This document shows, one piece after another, positions 1 to 8,720 of a stretch of DNA of 32,000 nt. The notes under the pieces are model-generated. The model had not been told where the DNA came from, made no database searches, and saw only the letters and a program-made list of their open reading frames with translations. Position 1 is the first letter of the stretch, and every line of letters starts with the position of its first letter. This stretch comes from an uncultured Chloroflexia bacterium (GTDB taxonomy: Bacteria > Chloroflexota > Ktedonobacteria > Ktedonobacterales > JADMIN01), in NCBI GenBank assembly GCA_963718915.1, contig CAVRAI010000015.1, positions 510,001 to 542,000 on the forward strand. Reading direction: 5' to 3'. A program made the position numbers and the translations under genes.

Positions 1-60
1 CCGACGAGCGGCGAAGGGCCGGTCGAGACGCTCTAATCGCTGGCTCTGGTAGCGCATCTG

Positions 61-86
61 CCCCTTCTCCACATCTGGAGAGGGGG
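61..86 (+). terminator. Candidate intrinsic terminator hairpin
   Basis: CCCCTTCTCC (61-70) and GGAGAGGGGG (77-86) form a 10-bp stem (one G-U pair) around a 6-nt loop, followed by CTTTCTC. It lies just after an in-frame TAA (34-36) of a reading frame entering from the left edge. The tail is only weakly U-rich. Confidence 0.35.
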
Positions 87-145
87 CTTTCTCATGTCCG
101 GCGGTTGAATGCATGTTCTATACTGAACAGCAGGAGGATCTGGTC

Positions 146-616
146 ATGACATCTTCGCAGACAAACACATCCGAAACACCTGGCGACGCGACCATAGCCG
201 CACTCTATCGCCGACTGCTGGACAGCTGGAATCGGCGAGACGCCAGCGCATTTGCCGCGCTCTTCGACGACGAGGGGCAGAGCATCGGCTTCGACGGCAG
301 CCCGATGGGCGGACGCGATGAGATTGCCACGACGCTGGGCCAGATATTCGCCGACCACGTCACCGCGAGGTACGTTGCCAGGATTCGCGACATCCGGTTT
401 CTCGCGCCCGATGTTGCGTTGCTGCGCGCGGTGGTCGGGATGATCCCGCCGGGGCAGGCGGACATCAACCCGGCGGTCAATGCGATGCAGACGACGGTGG
501 CGGTGCGGCACGCGGGCGAGTGGCGCATTGCCCTGCTGCAAAACACGCCCGCGCAGTTCCACGGCAGGCCGGAGATGGCCGAGGCGCTGACGGTGGAGCT
601 GCGTGCGTTGCTCTAG
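146..616 (+). CDS. SgcJ/EcaC-family (SnoaL-like / DUF4440-type) small protein
   Basis: ORF 113..616. Start placed at ATG 146 because AGGAGGA (132-138) lies 7 nt upstream. ALYRRLLDSWNRRDASAFAALFDDEG...GRDEI...WRIALLQNTP matches the NTF2-like SgcJ/EcaC pattern. Confidence 0.7.
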   Translation: MTSSQTNTSETPGDATIAALYRRLLDSWNRRDASAFAALFDDEGQSIGFDGSPMGGRDEIATTLGQIFADHVTARYVARIRDIRFLAPDVALLRAVVGMIPPGQADINPAVNAMQTTVAVRHAGEWRIALLQNTPAQFHGRPEMAEALTVELRALL

Positions 617-744
617 TGTGAGTTGTCCTGGTTGCCCTTGTGGCGTCGCGCATGCCACAATCACGGAGGATACATACGATCAACCGTGGTGGACGCACTG
701 TCGCGTTCGCGCCGTGCACTGTCCTGAAAGGATGGAGAACACCG

Positions 745-1899
745 ATGTTCTTGCGCCTCGATGACGAGCAACAGGAAATTCGTGAGCTGGTGCGCAAGTT
801 TGCCCAGCAGGAAATCGCACCGCACGCCGAGGAATGGGACGAAGAGAGCCACTTCCCGCGCGAGCTATTCCCGGCGCTGGGTGAATTGGGGCTGGCGGGC
901 ACGCTCGTCCCGGAGGAGTACGGCGGCGCGCAGCTCTCGCGGCTGACGGGCACACTTATCTACGAGCAGATTGCCCAGGCTGATATGTCCACCGCCGTCT
1001 GGCTCGCCGTCCACAACATGGTCAGCGGGCTGATCGCCAAATTTGGCAACGATGAGCAGCGACAGCGCTGGCTGCTGCGGATGGCGGCTGGCGAGCTACT
1101 GGGCGCGTTCGCGCTGAGCGAGGCGCACGCGGGTTCCGACGCGGCCAACATTCGCTGTCTGGCGCGGCGCGATAGCGACGACTATATCCTCAACGGCACG
1201 AAGTTCTGGGTGACCAGCGCGGGTCAGGCCGATATTTACGCGGTGATGGTGCGAACTGATCCCGATGGCGGCGCGCGCGGCATCAGCACGCTGGTCGTAG
1301 AGAAGGGTACGCCCGGCTTCTCCATCGGCAAGATGGAGCGCAAGATGGGGCTGCACTCCAGCCCAACGGGCGAACTGATCTTCGATGATTGTCGCGTGCC
1401 CGCGTCGCATCTGCTGGGCAACGAGGGCGACGGCCTGACGATTTCGCTCTCGTCGCTCGATGGTGGGCGCATCAACATTGGCGCGATTGCCACAGGCGTC
1501 GCGCAGGCCGCGCTCGACGTCAGCACCCGCTACGCGCAGGAGCGTCTCGCGTTTGGCAAGCCGATTGGCGCGTTTGAGGGCATCCAGTTTCTGCTGGCGG
1601 ATATGGCGATGAAGGTTGAGGCGTCGCGGCTGCTGGTCTATCAGGCGGCGTTCAAGATGGATGAGGGCGAGCACGCCACACCGTATGCCGCGATGGCCAA
1701 GTGCTTCGCGACCGATAGCGCGATGGCCGTCACCACCGACGCGGTACAGGTGCTCGGCGGCGCCGGATACGTACGCGACTGGCCGGTGGAGCGCTACATG
1801 CGTGATGTGAAGGTCGCCCAGATCTTCGAGGGCGCGAACCAGATCCAGCGCATCGTGATCGCCCGCTCGCTGCTCGGCACGATTGCCAAGGTGTCGTGA
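745..1899 (+). CDS. Acyl-CoA dehydrogenase
   Basis: ORF 640..1899. Start moved to ATG 745 (MFLRLDDEQQEIRELVRKFAQ..., AAAGGATGGAG upstream). Full-length ACAD pattern: LVPEEYGG, FALSEAHAGSDA, TGELIFDDCRVP, QVLGGAGY and C-terminal IFEGANQIQRIVIAR. Confidence 0.92.
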   Translation: MFLRLDDEQQEIRELVRKFAQQEIAPHAEEWDEESHFPRELFPALGELGLAGTLVPEEYGGAQLSRLTGTLIYEQIAQADMSTAVWLAVHNMVSGLIAKFGNDEQRQRWLLRMAAGELLGAFALSEAHAGSDAANIRCLARRDSDDYILNGTKFWVTSAGQADIYAVMVRTDPDGGARGISTLVVEKGTPGFSIGKMERKMGLHSSPTGELIFDDCRVPASHLLGNEGDGLTISLSSLDGGRINIGAIATGVAQAALDVSTRYAQERLAFGKPIGAFEGIQFLLADMAMKVEASRLLVYQAAFKMDEGEHATPYAAMAKCFATDSAMAVTTDAVQVLGGAGYVRDWPVERYMRDVKVAQIFEGANQIQRIVIARSLLGTIAKVS

Positions 1900-1952
1900 G
1901 GGGAGGAACTGGCCCGGATTTGATGGTGATTTACAAAGTACTGAGGGCTGGG

Positions 1953-2163
1953 GCGCGGGCGGTTAAAACCGCGCCTCCATGGCCTCTCCTGCTGCGCACG
2001 CTCCGCCACAAAACCTGCCTGCGCAGGTTTCTCTCAGAACACGCGCCACGCGCTCTCCCATTGAGGCCAAGGTCGGGGAGGGGAGTCCGCGCAGGCGGAC
2101 TTTGTGGCCGGAGCGGAGCGCAGGCCGTTTAGGCGCGACTTCAGTCGCCAGCCGACGTGGCTG
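1953..2163. repeat. Cluster of short GC-rich hairpins in a convergent intergenic region (REP-like or terminator-like)
   Basis: Perfect small inverted repeats: GCGGTT-AA-AACCGC (about 1958-1971); AAACCTGC-CTGC-GCAGGTTT (2011-2030); AGTCCGC-GCAG-GCGGACT (2084-2101); GCGAC-TTCA-GTCGC (2135-2148); CAGCC-GACGT-GGCTG (2149-2163). The region lies between the stop of the acyl-CoA dehydrogenase gene (1899) and the stop of the minus-strand gene (2206). Confidence 0.45.
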
Positions 2164-2205
2164 TCCTTCGTAAATGCTAAAACCACATCATGGCCGAGAC
2201 AGCTA

Positions 2206-3474
2206 TCACTCCTGCCACGCGCGCGCCAAGGCCCGTAGACGCGCATCGGCGACTCGCATTCCTGGGAGGAGCTGGTGCGCCTCGTCATCGACGGCGAAGA
2301 GCAGGCCGAAGCGATACATCACCGTGAAGGGAATGCGCGCCACTCCCGTCACATCGACGGCATCGCCCGCCGCCAGACAGCCATCGGCAGGCGTGGGCGC
2401 GGAGATCAGCTTCAGGTTGGAGAGCGGCGCGCCCGCCAGATGCAGCGCGGCGAAGAGGTTGAGCGCGACAAAGCAGATGGGGCTGGTAGCCAGCGAATCA
2501 GCGATGCCCACATGCCATGCGCCATCCCACGTCACACTCAACGGCACGATGCTATCAGGCAGAATGCCTTGCGGTGCGGCGCTTCCGGGGATAGCGCCAA
2601 CGTTCTCCTGAGTATACGTCCATGCGGGGCGAACGTGCGCCGCCACGACCCAGAGCGCGTGCGCATCGCTGAGGTAGGAGGCGGGCTGGATATCGCATAA
2701 AATGGCGCAATTATGGGCGCTGCCGGGAACCGTGTAGTCGCTTTTGGGATCAGTGGCCATTGAGTAACTCAGCGTCGCGGTCATACGGTCAGATGCCACC
2801 TGTGGCGCGCCGGTAGTGTTGGCGAAGCTATCGTCCGCCGTGATGGTCGTGCTGCTCGCGAGGGTTGCGATGGTCCGCGCCGCCGCAAATTGCAGCGAGG
2901 ACAGCAGGTCTGGCGAGAGCGAGGCGGGATCGCCACTAAGATTGAGCACGCGCTCCGCGGGAAAAGGCGGAATGACATCCTGGATGCCACGTGTATCAAC
3001 CAGCGGGCAGGTGTCACTATGCGACGCGGGAACGCTGATCCGGCACTGTACTGTTGGGAAGGGCGGAGCGCTGTATGCAAGCTGATGTCGTCCATAGGGG
3101 ATACGGAGTGAGGTATAGAGCTGCTCGAAACCGGTGTAGGGCTGCTCTGACTCCACATTGGTGACCGGCTTGCCATCCATGAGCAGCCTACCCCAGGGAA
3201 GGCCGTGCTCGAAGTAGACGATATCTCCGGCGAGGGCGAGTGTCGGTGAGGGCGCGGGCGTTGGCAGATGGAGCGCCTGTTGCATCGTCGCGCCGAATCC
3301 CGGCACGCCGACGAACGAGACCACCAGCACGGCGACCAACGCCAGCATTGTGACGATGACGCCCAGGCGCCGCCTGCGCTGCCGCCGCTCATCGGCCTGG
3401 GCGTACACGCGCTCGTCTGGCAGGCCTGTGCGCAGGTCAGTCACCTGGAAGTCAGGTTCATCCATCGGGTTCAT
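2206..3474 (-). CDS. Hypothetical signal-anchored protein (short Arg-rich cytoplasmic N-terminus, one TM helix, large extracytoplasmic domain)
   Basis: 422-aa ORF. RRQRRRRLGVIVTMLALVAVLVVSFVGVPGF is a charged stretch followed by a hydrophobic helix. The rest has balanced, non-repetitive composition with no motif I can name. Start could also be the Met three codons downstream (3465). Confidence 0.6.
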   Translation of the reverse strand: MNPMDEPDFQVTDLRTGLPDERVYAQADERRQRRRRLGVIVTMLALVAVLVVSFVGVPGFGATMQQALHLPTPAPSPTLALAGDIVYFEHGLPWGRLLMDGKPVTNVESEQPYTGFEQLYTSLRIPYGRHQLAYSAPPFPTVQCRISVPASHSDTCPLVDTRGIQDVIPPFPAERVLNLSGDPASLSPDLLSSLQFAAARTIATLASSTTITADDSFANTTGAPQVASDRMTATLSYSMATDPKSDYTVPGSAHNCAILCDIQPASYLSDAHALWVVAAHVRPAWTYTQENVGAIPGSAAPQGILPDSIVPLSVTWDGAWHVGIADSLATSPICFVALNLFAALHLAGAPLSNLKLISAPTPADGCLAAGDAVDVTGVARIPFTVMYRFGLLFAVDDEAHQLLPGMRVADARLRALARAWQE

Positions 3475-3619
3475 CGCGATGCCCGCCTATCGTTGCCGCT
3501 ACTCGCCAATTGTTCAATGAAGTATTGTTGGCGGAGTGAATACGGTCAAGTCGCCATTTCAAAAGCCCGCAAGCCGGTGTACGATATGGGCAGAGAAATC
3601 CTGCTGGAGGTAACGTATC

Positions 3620-4372
3620 ATGATTCTTCGCGTTTTTCGCGCGCGGTTGAAGCCGGGAGCGCGCCAGGCGTTCGAAAAGCTCTGCTACGATGTGAGCATC
3701 CCGCTGTTGCGCTCGCAGCCGGGAATGGTCACGCTACATGTCGGGCGGCCACTGCCGGAATACCCCGACGAGTTCGTCCTCGTCTCTGTCTGGACCGATC
3801 TCGAAAGTCTCAAGGGATTCGCGGGCGACACCTGGGATCATCCGCTGATTCTGCCCGGCGAGGCCGTGCTGGTGCAGGAAACGACGGTGCAGCACTACGA
3901 CGAAGACCGTCACCTGCTTCAGGATTCCCCACTGCTGCCTGCCGACCTGCTCAAACAGATGGAGCAGCGGTTCGTCTGCGATCTGGCGCTCACCGACGAG
4001 CAATGGGCGCGCATCCAGCCGTTGCTGCCCGCCGCCCGCAAAGAGGGCCGCCCGCGCGCCGACGACCGCCGCACGCTGGAGGGCATCCTCTACGTGCTGC
4101 GTACTGGTTGCCGCTGGAACGACCTCCCGGCGGAATATGGGAGTGGGGTCACGTGTTGGCGTCGCCTCACTCAATGGGAGGCTGACGGTTCCTGGGATCG
4201 CATCTGGAAGATACTCGTGGCGACACTCGATCCACAGGCAAAGCTGGCCTGGGCGCAGGCGTTTCTCGCGGGAACCATCGTCCCCGTCCGACGTGGCGCG
4301 CACGAGCGCTCCGTCACATTGCGGCGGGCTGGACGTTTGCCTGATGGTCCGGCGACGCGCGCGCTTCGTTGA
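3620..4372 (+). CDS. Chimeric ORF: ABM (antibiotic-biosynthesis-monooxygenase-like) domain reading through into an IS transposase remnant
   Basis: ATG 3620 preceded by GGAGG (3606-3610). The first ~100 aa (MILRVFRARLKPGARQAFEKL...FVLVSVWTDLESLKGFAGDTW...VQHYD) look like a complete ABM/Dabb-fold domain. From codon 114 (ATG 3959) the same frame encodes a transposase N-terminus. Confidence 0.7.
   Translation: MILRVFRARLKPGARQAFEKLCYDVSIPLLRSQPGMVTLHVGRPLPEYPDEFVLVSVWTDLESLKGFAGDTWDHPLILPGEAVLVQETTVQHYDEDRHLLQDSPLLPADLLKQMEQRFVCDLALTDEQWARIQPLLPAARKEGRPRADDRRTLEGILYVLRTGCRWNDLPAEYGSGVTCWRRLTQWEADGSWDRIWKILVATLDPQAKLAWAQAFLAGTIVPVRRGAHERSVTLRRAGRLPDGPATRALR
3959..4372 (+). mobile_element. Truncated IS5-family (IS4/IS5 superfamily, DUF4096-type N-terminus) transposase remnant
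   Basis: LTDEQWARIQPLLPAARKEGRPRADDRRTLEGILYVLRTGCRWNDLPAEYGSGVTCWRRLTQWEADGSWDRIW is the conserved N-terminal DNA-binding region of IS5-group transposases. The sequence decays after AFLAGTIVPVRRG (canonical ...FLDG..VPAKKGG, so the first catalytic Asp reads Ala). No DDE domain follows in any frame before the next gene, and no terminal inverted repeats were identified. Confidence 0.75.
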
Positions 4373-4438
4373 CGTGAGCCAGGACGCGGCATACACTGTC
4401 CCCATGCTTGTGTCGCCACAGACCAAGGAGCCGAAGCC

Positions 4439-5767
4439 CTGGAACCGTCATCATTAGCATCCCTACCATCCGTCGGCGTCGTCGTAACAGGCGACAACCA
4501 TCTCTCCCCACGGCTGCCTCGGCTGACACCGCAGCGGCGCGAGCAGCGTCGCGAGCGATTGTGCCAGGCATTCGGCGCCGCCGTAGAATATGCCATCACA
4601 CATCACGCGCGCATCTTCGCCCACGTCGGCGATCTCTTCGACCACCAGACGCCCTCCAACCGCGACCGGGCGTACGTCGCCGGAGCGCTGGCGCGGCTGC
4701 GACAGGCGGACATCATCTGTGTCGCCATTGGCGGCAACCACGATACGCCGCGCATGCAGACCGAGCACGGTGGCGCTGGTCCGCTGTGGGTCTATGCCGC
4801 GCTGGATGGGCTGCGCTACTTTGGCGCGCATGATGTGCTACGGCCAGAGTTGCTCGAAATCAACGGCCTGCGCATCGCCGTCGCTGGGCTGACCAATAAT
4901 CCCGTTTCGCCGCCAGGGAGCGATCCGCTGGCGCAGGTGCGGGTGGACGACCCGAAGGGCGCGCTGGCCCAGGCGGATGTTGGCTTGCTGCTGCTGCACG
5001 CCGCCATCGAAGGGCTGAGCATGCCCAACGAGGGTGAACGCACCGTCGCTCTCGCCAGCCTCGACGCGCTCGATCCAAGGTTCAATGTCGTCGCCTCCGG
5101 TCATATTCACCGCTACGCGCATCAGCGCATCGGCGGGCGCGAGGTGGTCGTTTCTGGCTCGACCGAGGTGATGGAATTCGGCGCGCATGCGGGAGGCGCG
5201 GGCTTCGTCTGGCTGGATCTGACCCGCGATGGCGCGCAGCATATCCAGCATATCCATCTGGAGGCGCAGCCACGGAAGGACATCACGCTCTCGACGGAAA
5301 ATCTCTGGCCGGAGAACCGCGCTTTCAGGACGGGCATCACCGGCGCGCTTGTCGGCAGAGACGCCGCGCTGATGCAAACGGCGCAGACGAAGCCAGCGGC
5401 AACGCCGCTTGAAACGGTCATGCGGGAACTGGAGGGCTGCACGCCAGAAACCATCACCCGGCTACGCATCGCTGGGCCACTGACCCGCGACCAATATCAC
5501 GAGCTGCCGATACGCGAGATTCTGCGCCTGGGACAGGAACGCACCTTCTCGCTCGACCTCGATACCCGCGCCCTGTATCTCTTTGACCCTGACGCAGGTG
5601 GCCTCGCGCCGACGAGCGGTATTGGGCCGATCTCGCTGCTCGATGAGCTGGACGCGCTGGTGGTGGCGCGGCGGCAATCGGCCAGCGGTACCGCGGACGA
5701 CCTCGAGGCGGCGGCGCGGCTCCTGAGGGAGCGTATCAGCGCGGCGGAGGGGGAGCGCGGCCAATGA
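4439..5767 (+). CDS. SbcD/Mre11-family metallophosphoesterase nuclease (YhaO/SbcF-like)
   Basis: Calcineurin-like phosphoesterase motifs in order: VGVVVTGDNHL, HVGDLFD, IGGNHD, LLLHAAIEG, ASGHIH. The ORF-track start (TTG 4559) would remove the first motif. The frame is open from 4373 but has no ATG, GTG or TTG before that motif. CTG 4439 sits 8 nt after AAGGAG (4425-4430), so the start is tentative. The stop overlaps the next gene's ATG (ATGA at 5764-5767). Confidence 0.8.
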   Translation: MEPSSLASLPSVGVVVTGDNHLSPRLPRLTPQRREQRRERLCQAFGAAVEYAITHHARIFAHVGDLFDHQTPSNRDRAYVAGALARLRQADIICVAIGGNHDTPRMQTEHGGAGPLWVYAALDGLRYFGAHDVLRPELLEINGLRIAVAGLTNNPVSPPGSDPLAQVRVDDPKGALAQADVGLLLLHAAIEGLSMPNEGERTVALASLDALDPRFNVVASGHIHRYAHQRIGGREVVVSGSTEVMEFGAHAGGAGFVWLDLTRDGAQHIQHIHLEAQPRKDITLSTENLWPENRAFRTGITGALVGRDAALMQTAQTKPAATPLETVMRELEGCTPETITRLRIAGPLTRDQYHELPIREILRLGQERTFSLDLDTRALYLFDPDAGGLAPTSGIGPISLLDELDALVVARRQSASGTADDLEAAARLLRERISAAEGERGQ

Positions 5768-8170
5768 TTCTCCTGCGGCATCTGCGCATCGACGCCTTCA
5801 AGCATCTGCGCAACATCGACCTGTGGTTTCCCCGGCAGGGCAGCGTCCTGATCGAGGGACATAACGAGTCGGGCAAGTCCACGCTCTTCGAGGCGATCTA
5901 CTTCGCGCTTTACGGCAAGGCGCTGGTCGGCGAAGATTCGGGCGCGCCCTCGCTCGAAGCGCTGGTACCGCATGGCGAGTCGCATGCGCGCGTCCAACTG
6001 ACGATTCTGGCAGGGGCGACCGAACTGGAGATTACGCGCACCCTGGCAAGCAGACCACAGCGGATCATGCATGACGCCGTCGTGCGTATTCATCGGCCTG
6101 GGCAGCCCGTCGAGACGCTTTCGGCAGTGAAGGCGGTCAACGACTGCATTCTGGCCGAGATGAACGGGCTGGATAGCAATGTGCTACGCAACTCGTGCCT
6201 GATGGAGCAGCAGGCGCTCGACCGCATCGAGTCGCTGAGCAAGTCCGAGCGTGAGATGGCTATCGCCAAGTTGCTTGGCATCGAGGCGATTCAGCGCATC
6301 GAGCATGATCTCAGAGTCGCCACAAAAGATAGCGATGCCCTGGCGCAGGCGCAGACCCGGCTGGACGTGGCCCGCAAATACATGGAGGCGCAGCAGGCCA
6401 GAACTGAGGCGCAGCGCGTTCCGGGTGGCGCTCTGTGCGGCGAGGGCGCGGGCAGCGCTGGCGGCGCGCGATTCGCTGGCGGCGCGGATTCGCGAGGTGG
6501 AGACGCAGCTGGACGAGGCGGAGCGCGAGATGGCGCAACTCCGCGAACGCTCGCACCGTGCCATTACATTGGAGGCGTTGCGCGCCCGGAGCGACGAGAC
6601 GGCGCAACTGCTGCACGACGCCACGCAGGAAGAGAACGCGCTGGCGCTCATGCGCGCACATCAGGAGAGCGCGGTCAGTGTCGATGGTATCGCGAGCCAG
6701 CTTGCACAGGCGGATAGCGATATCAAGGCTGCCGAGGAGCGGGAGCGGGAGCAGCGCGCGGAGATTGAAGCGGCCCGGCGCCGCGCCCGCTCATCCGGAT
6801 GGCTGGCTCTTGTCACGTTCCTCGCTGAAGCGGCCGTCGTTGTGGGTAGCGTTATTTTGCGCTTACCATGGCTGCTTCTGCCGTTGTTTGTCCTGTCGGG
6901 CGTCGCCATTACAATGATAGCGCTCTTGATGCTAAACCGCTTCAGGGCGGAGGTAAGGCGCTCGAAACTGGCGACGCTTGAGCGCGCAATGATAGGGCTG
7001 CGCGCCAGGCACGAGACGTTATGCGGCCTTGGTGTTGGCGCGGGAGGGCAGACGCCGCCGGAAGCGCTCGCCACTCAGCAGCACAAGGCGACGACGGCCC
7101 TTGCCAGTTGCGCCACGGCGCTACACGAGCTGGCGCAATCGCTCTCCCAGGCGGGCATCTCCATCCCAACGGATAGCCTCGCGCTGGCATCGCTAGACGA
7201 GGTGCGGCAGGCACATGAAGCGATGGCGAGGTCGCTGCAAACTGAGATGGCGCGGCTGGATGTTCCCGCGACGCAGCAGCAGTACGGTACGCTCGGCGAG
7301 ATCGAGCGGCAGACGCGCGCGAAATTGGATGAGGTCACCGCGCAACGTGACGAAGCCCGCCAGCGGCTGGTGGACGCACTGGCAGAGACTGGCATCGCGG
7401 CAACCGGGGACGAGCCGACGGAGACTCTGGTTGCCGATTGGCCCGCCCTGGCAGACGTGGGCGATCCTGACGCGCTTGCCGATACTCTGGCGCGTACCAG
7501 CGCTGTCGAGGGACAGTTGCGCCAGCAGGTCGAGGCGCTGTGCCAGCAATATGGATTCGACGCCGACACGCTGGATGTCCAGGAATGCCAGAAGGCGTAT
7601 GACGATCTGGCGCGGGAGCAGCGCCAGCGCCGATTGGCGGCTGAGATGGCCGACGAGGTGTTCAAGCGGATCGTCCAGCGCGTGCTGCCTGAGACCGAGA
7701 TGCACATGCGCGCGCTGCTGCCTGATCTGACGGATGGGCGCTACCGCGATGTGACGCTACTTGGCGGCGATGAGAACTCGGCTGACCTACGCATCCGCGT
7801 CTGGGACGAGCAGGCGGGGCGCTACGTTGGTAAGCATCTCTTCTCTGGCGGCACGCGCGACCAGTGTTCGCTGGCGCTGCGGCTGGCGTTTGCGCTGGCG
7901 ACGTTGCCCAAGGAGCTTGGCGCGATGCCCGGTTTCATCTTCCTGGACGAGCCGCTCAGCTCGTTCGACGACCGGCGGTCGCAGGCGCTGGTGGATGTGC
8001 TGACGCGCGGGCCAATCGCGAAGCAGTTCCCGCAGGTCTTCCTCATCTCCCACAGCCAGTCGTTCGATCCGGCGGCGTTCACCTGCGCGCTGCGCATGGC
8101 CGGGGGACGGGTCGCAAGCTCCACGCTGCCCGACGAAGCGGCGGCGCGAGCCCAGTGGCGACAGGATTGA
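5764..8170 (+). pseudogene. SbcC/Rad50-family SMC-like ATPase (YhaN/SbcE-like), frame-broken as sequenced near 6421-6425
   Basis: The N-terminal half (frame of 5764) has Walker A (IEGHNESGKSTLFEAIYFALYG) and a Q-loop region (SCLMEQQ). The C-terminal half (frame of 6251) has the signature FSGGTRDQCSLALRLAFA, Walker B/D-loop FIFLDEPLSSFD and H-loop FLISHSQ. Sensible coiled-coil sequence switches frame at GTTCCGGGTGGC (6418-6429); deleting one base there gives one ~801-aa protein. The central segment (6791-6944) encodes two hydrophobic helices. There is no CxxC zinc hook anywhere. Confidence 0.85.
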
Positions 8171-8224
8171 CGGGGTTGATGGGCGGCGCCATCTCTGACT
8201 ATGGTGTTATTATGGAGGAACGCT

Positions 8225-8461
8225 TTGCCGACAGTCTTACGGGTTGGCCCATATCGCTTCTTCTTCTATTCGAATGAGGGGAACGAGCCACCCCATGTTC
8301 ATGTCGAGGCGGGTGAGCATCTGGCGAAGTTCTGGCTCGATCCGGTGCAATGCGTCCACACGGGCGGTTTCAGTGCCAAAGCGGTGAGCGCCATCGCCCG
8401 CATTGTTGAGCAGCATCGGCAAGAATTGTTGGAGGCGTGGAATGTCTACTTTCATCCCTGA
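8225..8461 (+). CDS. DUF4160 domain protein
   Basis: ORF 8201..8461. Start placed at TTG 8225, 6 nt after GGAGGA (8213-8218), giving (M)PTVLRVGPYRFFFYSNEGNEPPHVHVEAGE..., the hallmark DUF4160 N-terminus. Confidence 0.75.
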   Translation: MPTVLRVGPYRFFFYSNEGNEPPHVHVEAGEHLAKFWLDPVQCVHTGGFSAKAVSAIARIVEQHRQELLEAWNVYFHP

Positions 8462-8720
8462 TCCTAACGCTATCCCAGACCGGGTTCCCAGGCTGGAGGC
8501 GCGCGCCGTCGCCCTCCGGTTTACCGCTGACCGGCTCATCCTGCGGTTGGCCGATGGACGCGAGATTTCCGCTCCCGTCGCCTGGTTTCCACGACTGGCC
8601 GGAGCCAGCGAGGCCCAGCGCGCCGACTGGCGACTGATGGGGAATGGCGTCGGCGTCCATTGGGAGGACGTTGATGAGGATATCTCCGTCCCTGTTCTGC
8701 TCGGCCTTCCCTGTGAGTAG
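8442..8720 (+). CDS. DUF2442 domain protein
   Basis: ORF 8403..8720. Start placed at ATG 8442 after GGAGG (8431-8435). LRFTADRLILRLADGREISAPVAWFPRL...WRLMGNGVGVHWEDVDEDISV matches the DUF2442 pattern. It overlaps the upstream DUF4160 gene by 20 nt. Confidence 0.75.
   Translation: MSTFIPDPNAIPDRVPRLEARAVALRFTADRLILRLADGREISAPVAWFPRLAGASEAQRADWRLMGNGVGVHWEDVDEDISVPVLLGLPCE

Noticed and set aside
92-4426. Other long alternative-frame or antisense ORFs (92..664 -, 1096..1674 -, 2275..2700 +, 2781..3392 -, 3268..4185 +, 3734..4426 -)
   Set aside because: Each overlaps a gene with recognisable family motifs or coding character. Their products are Arg/Pro/Ala-biased low-information sequences without start-site support.
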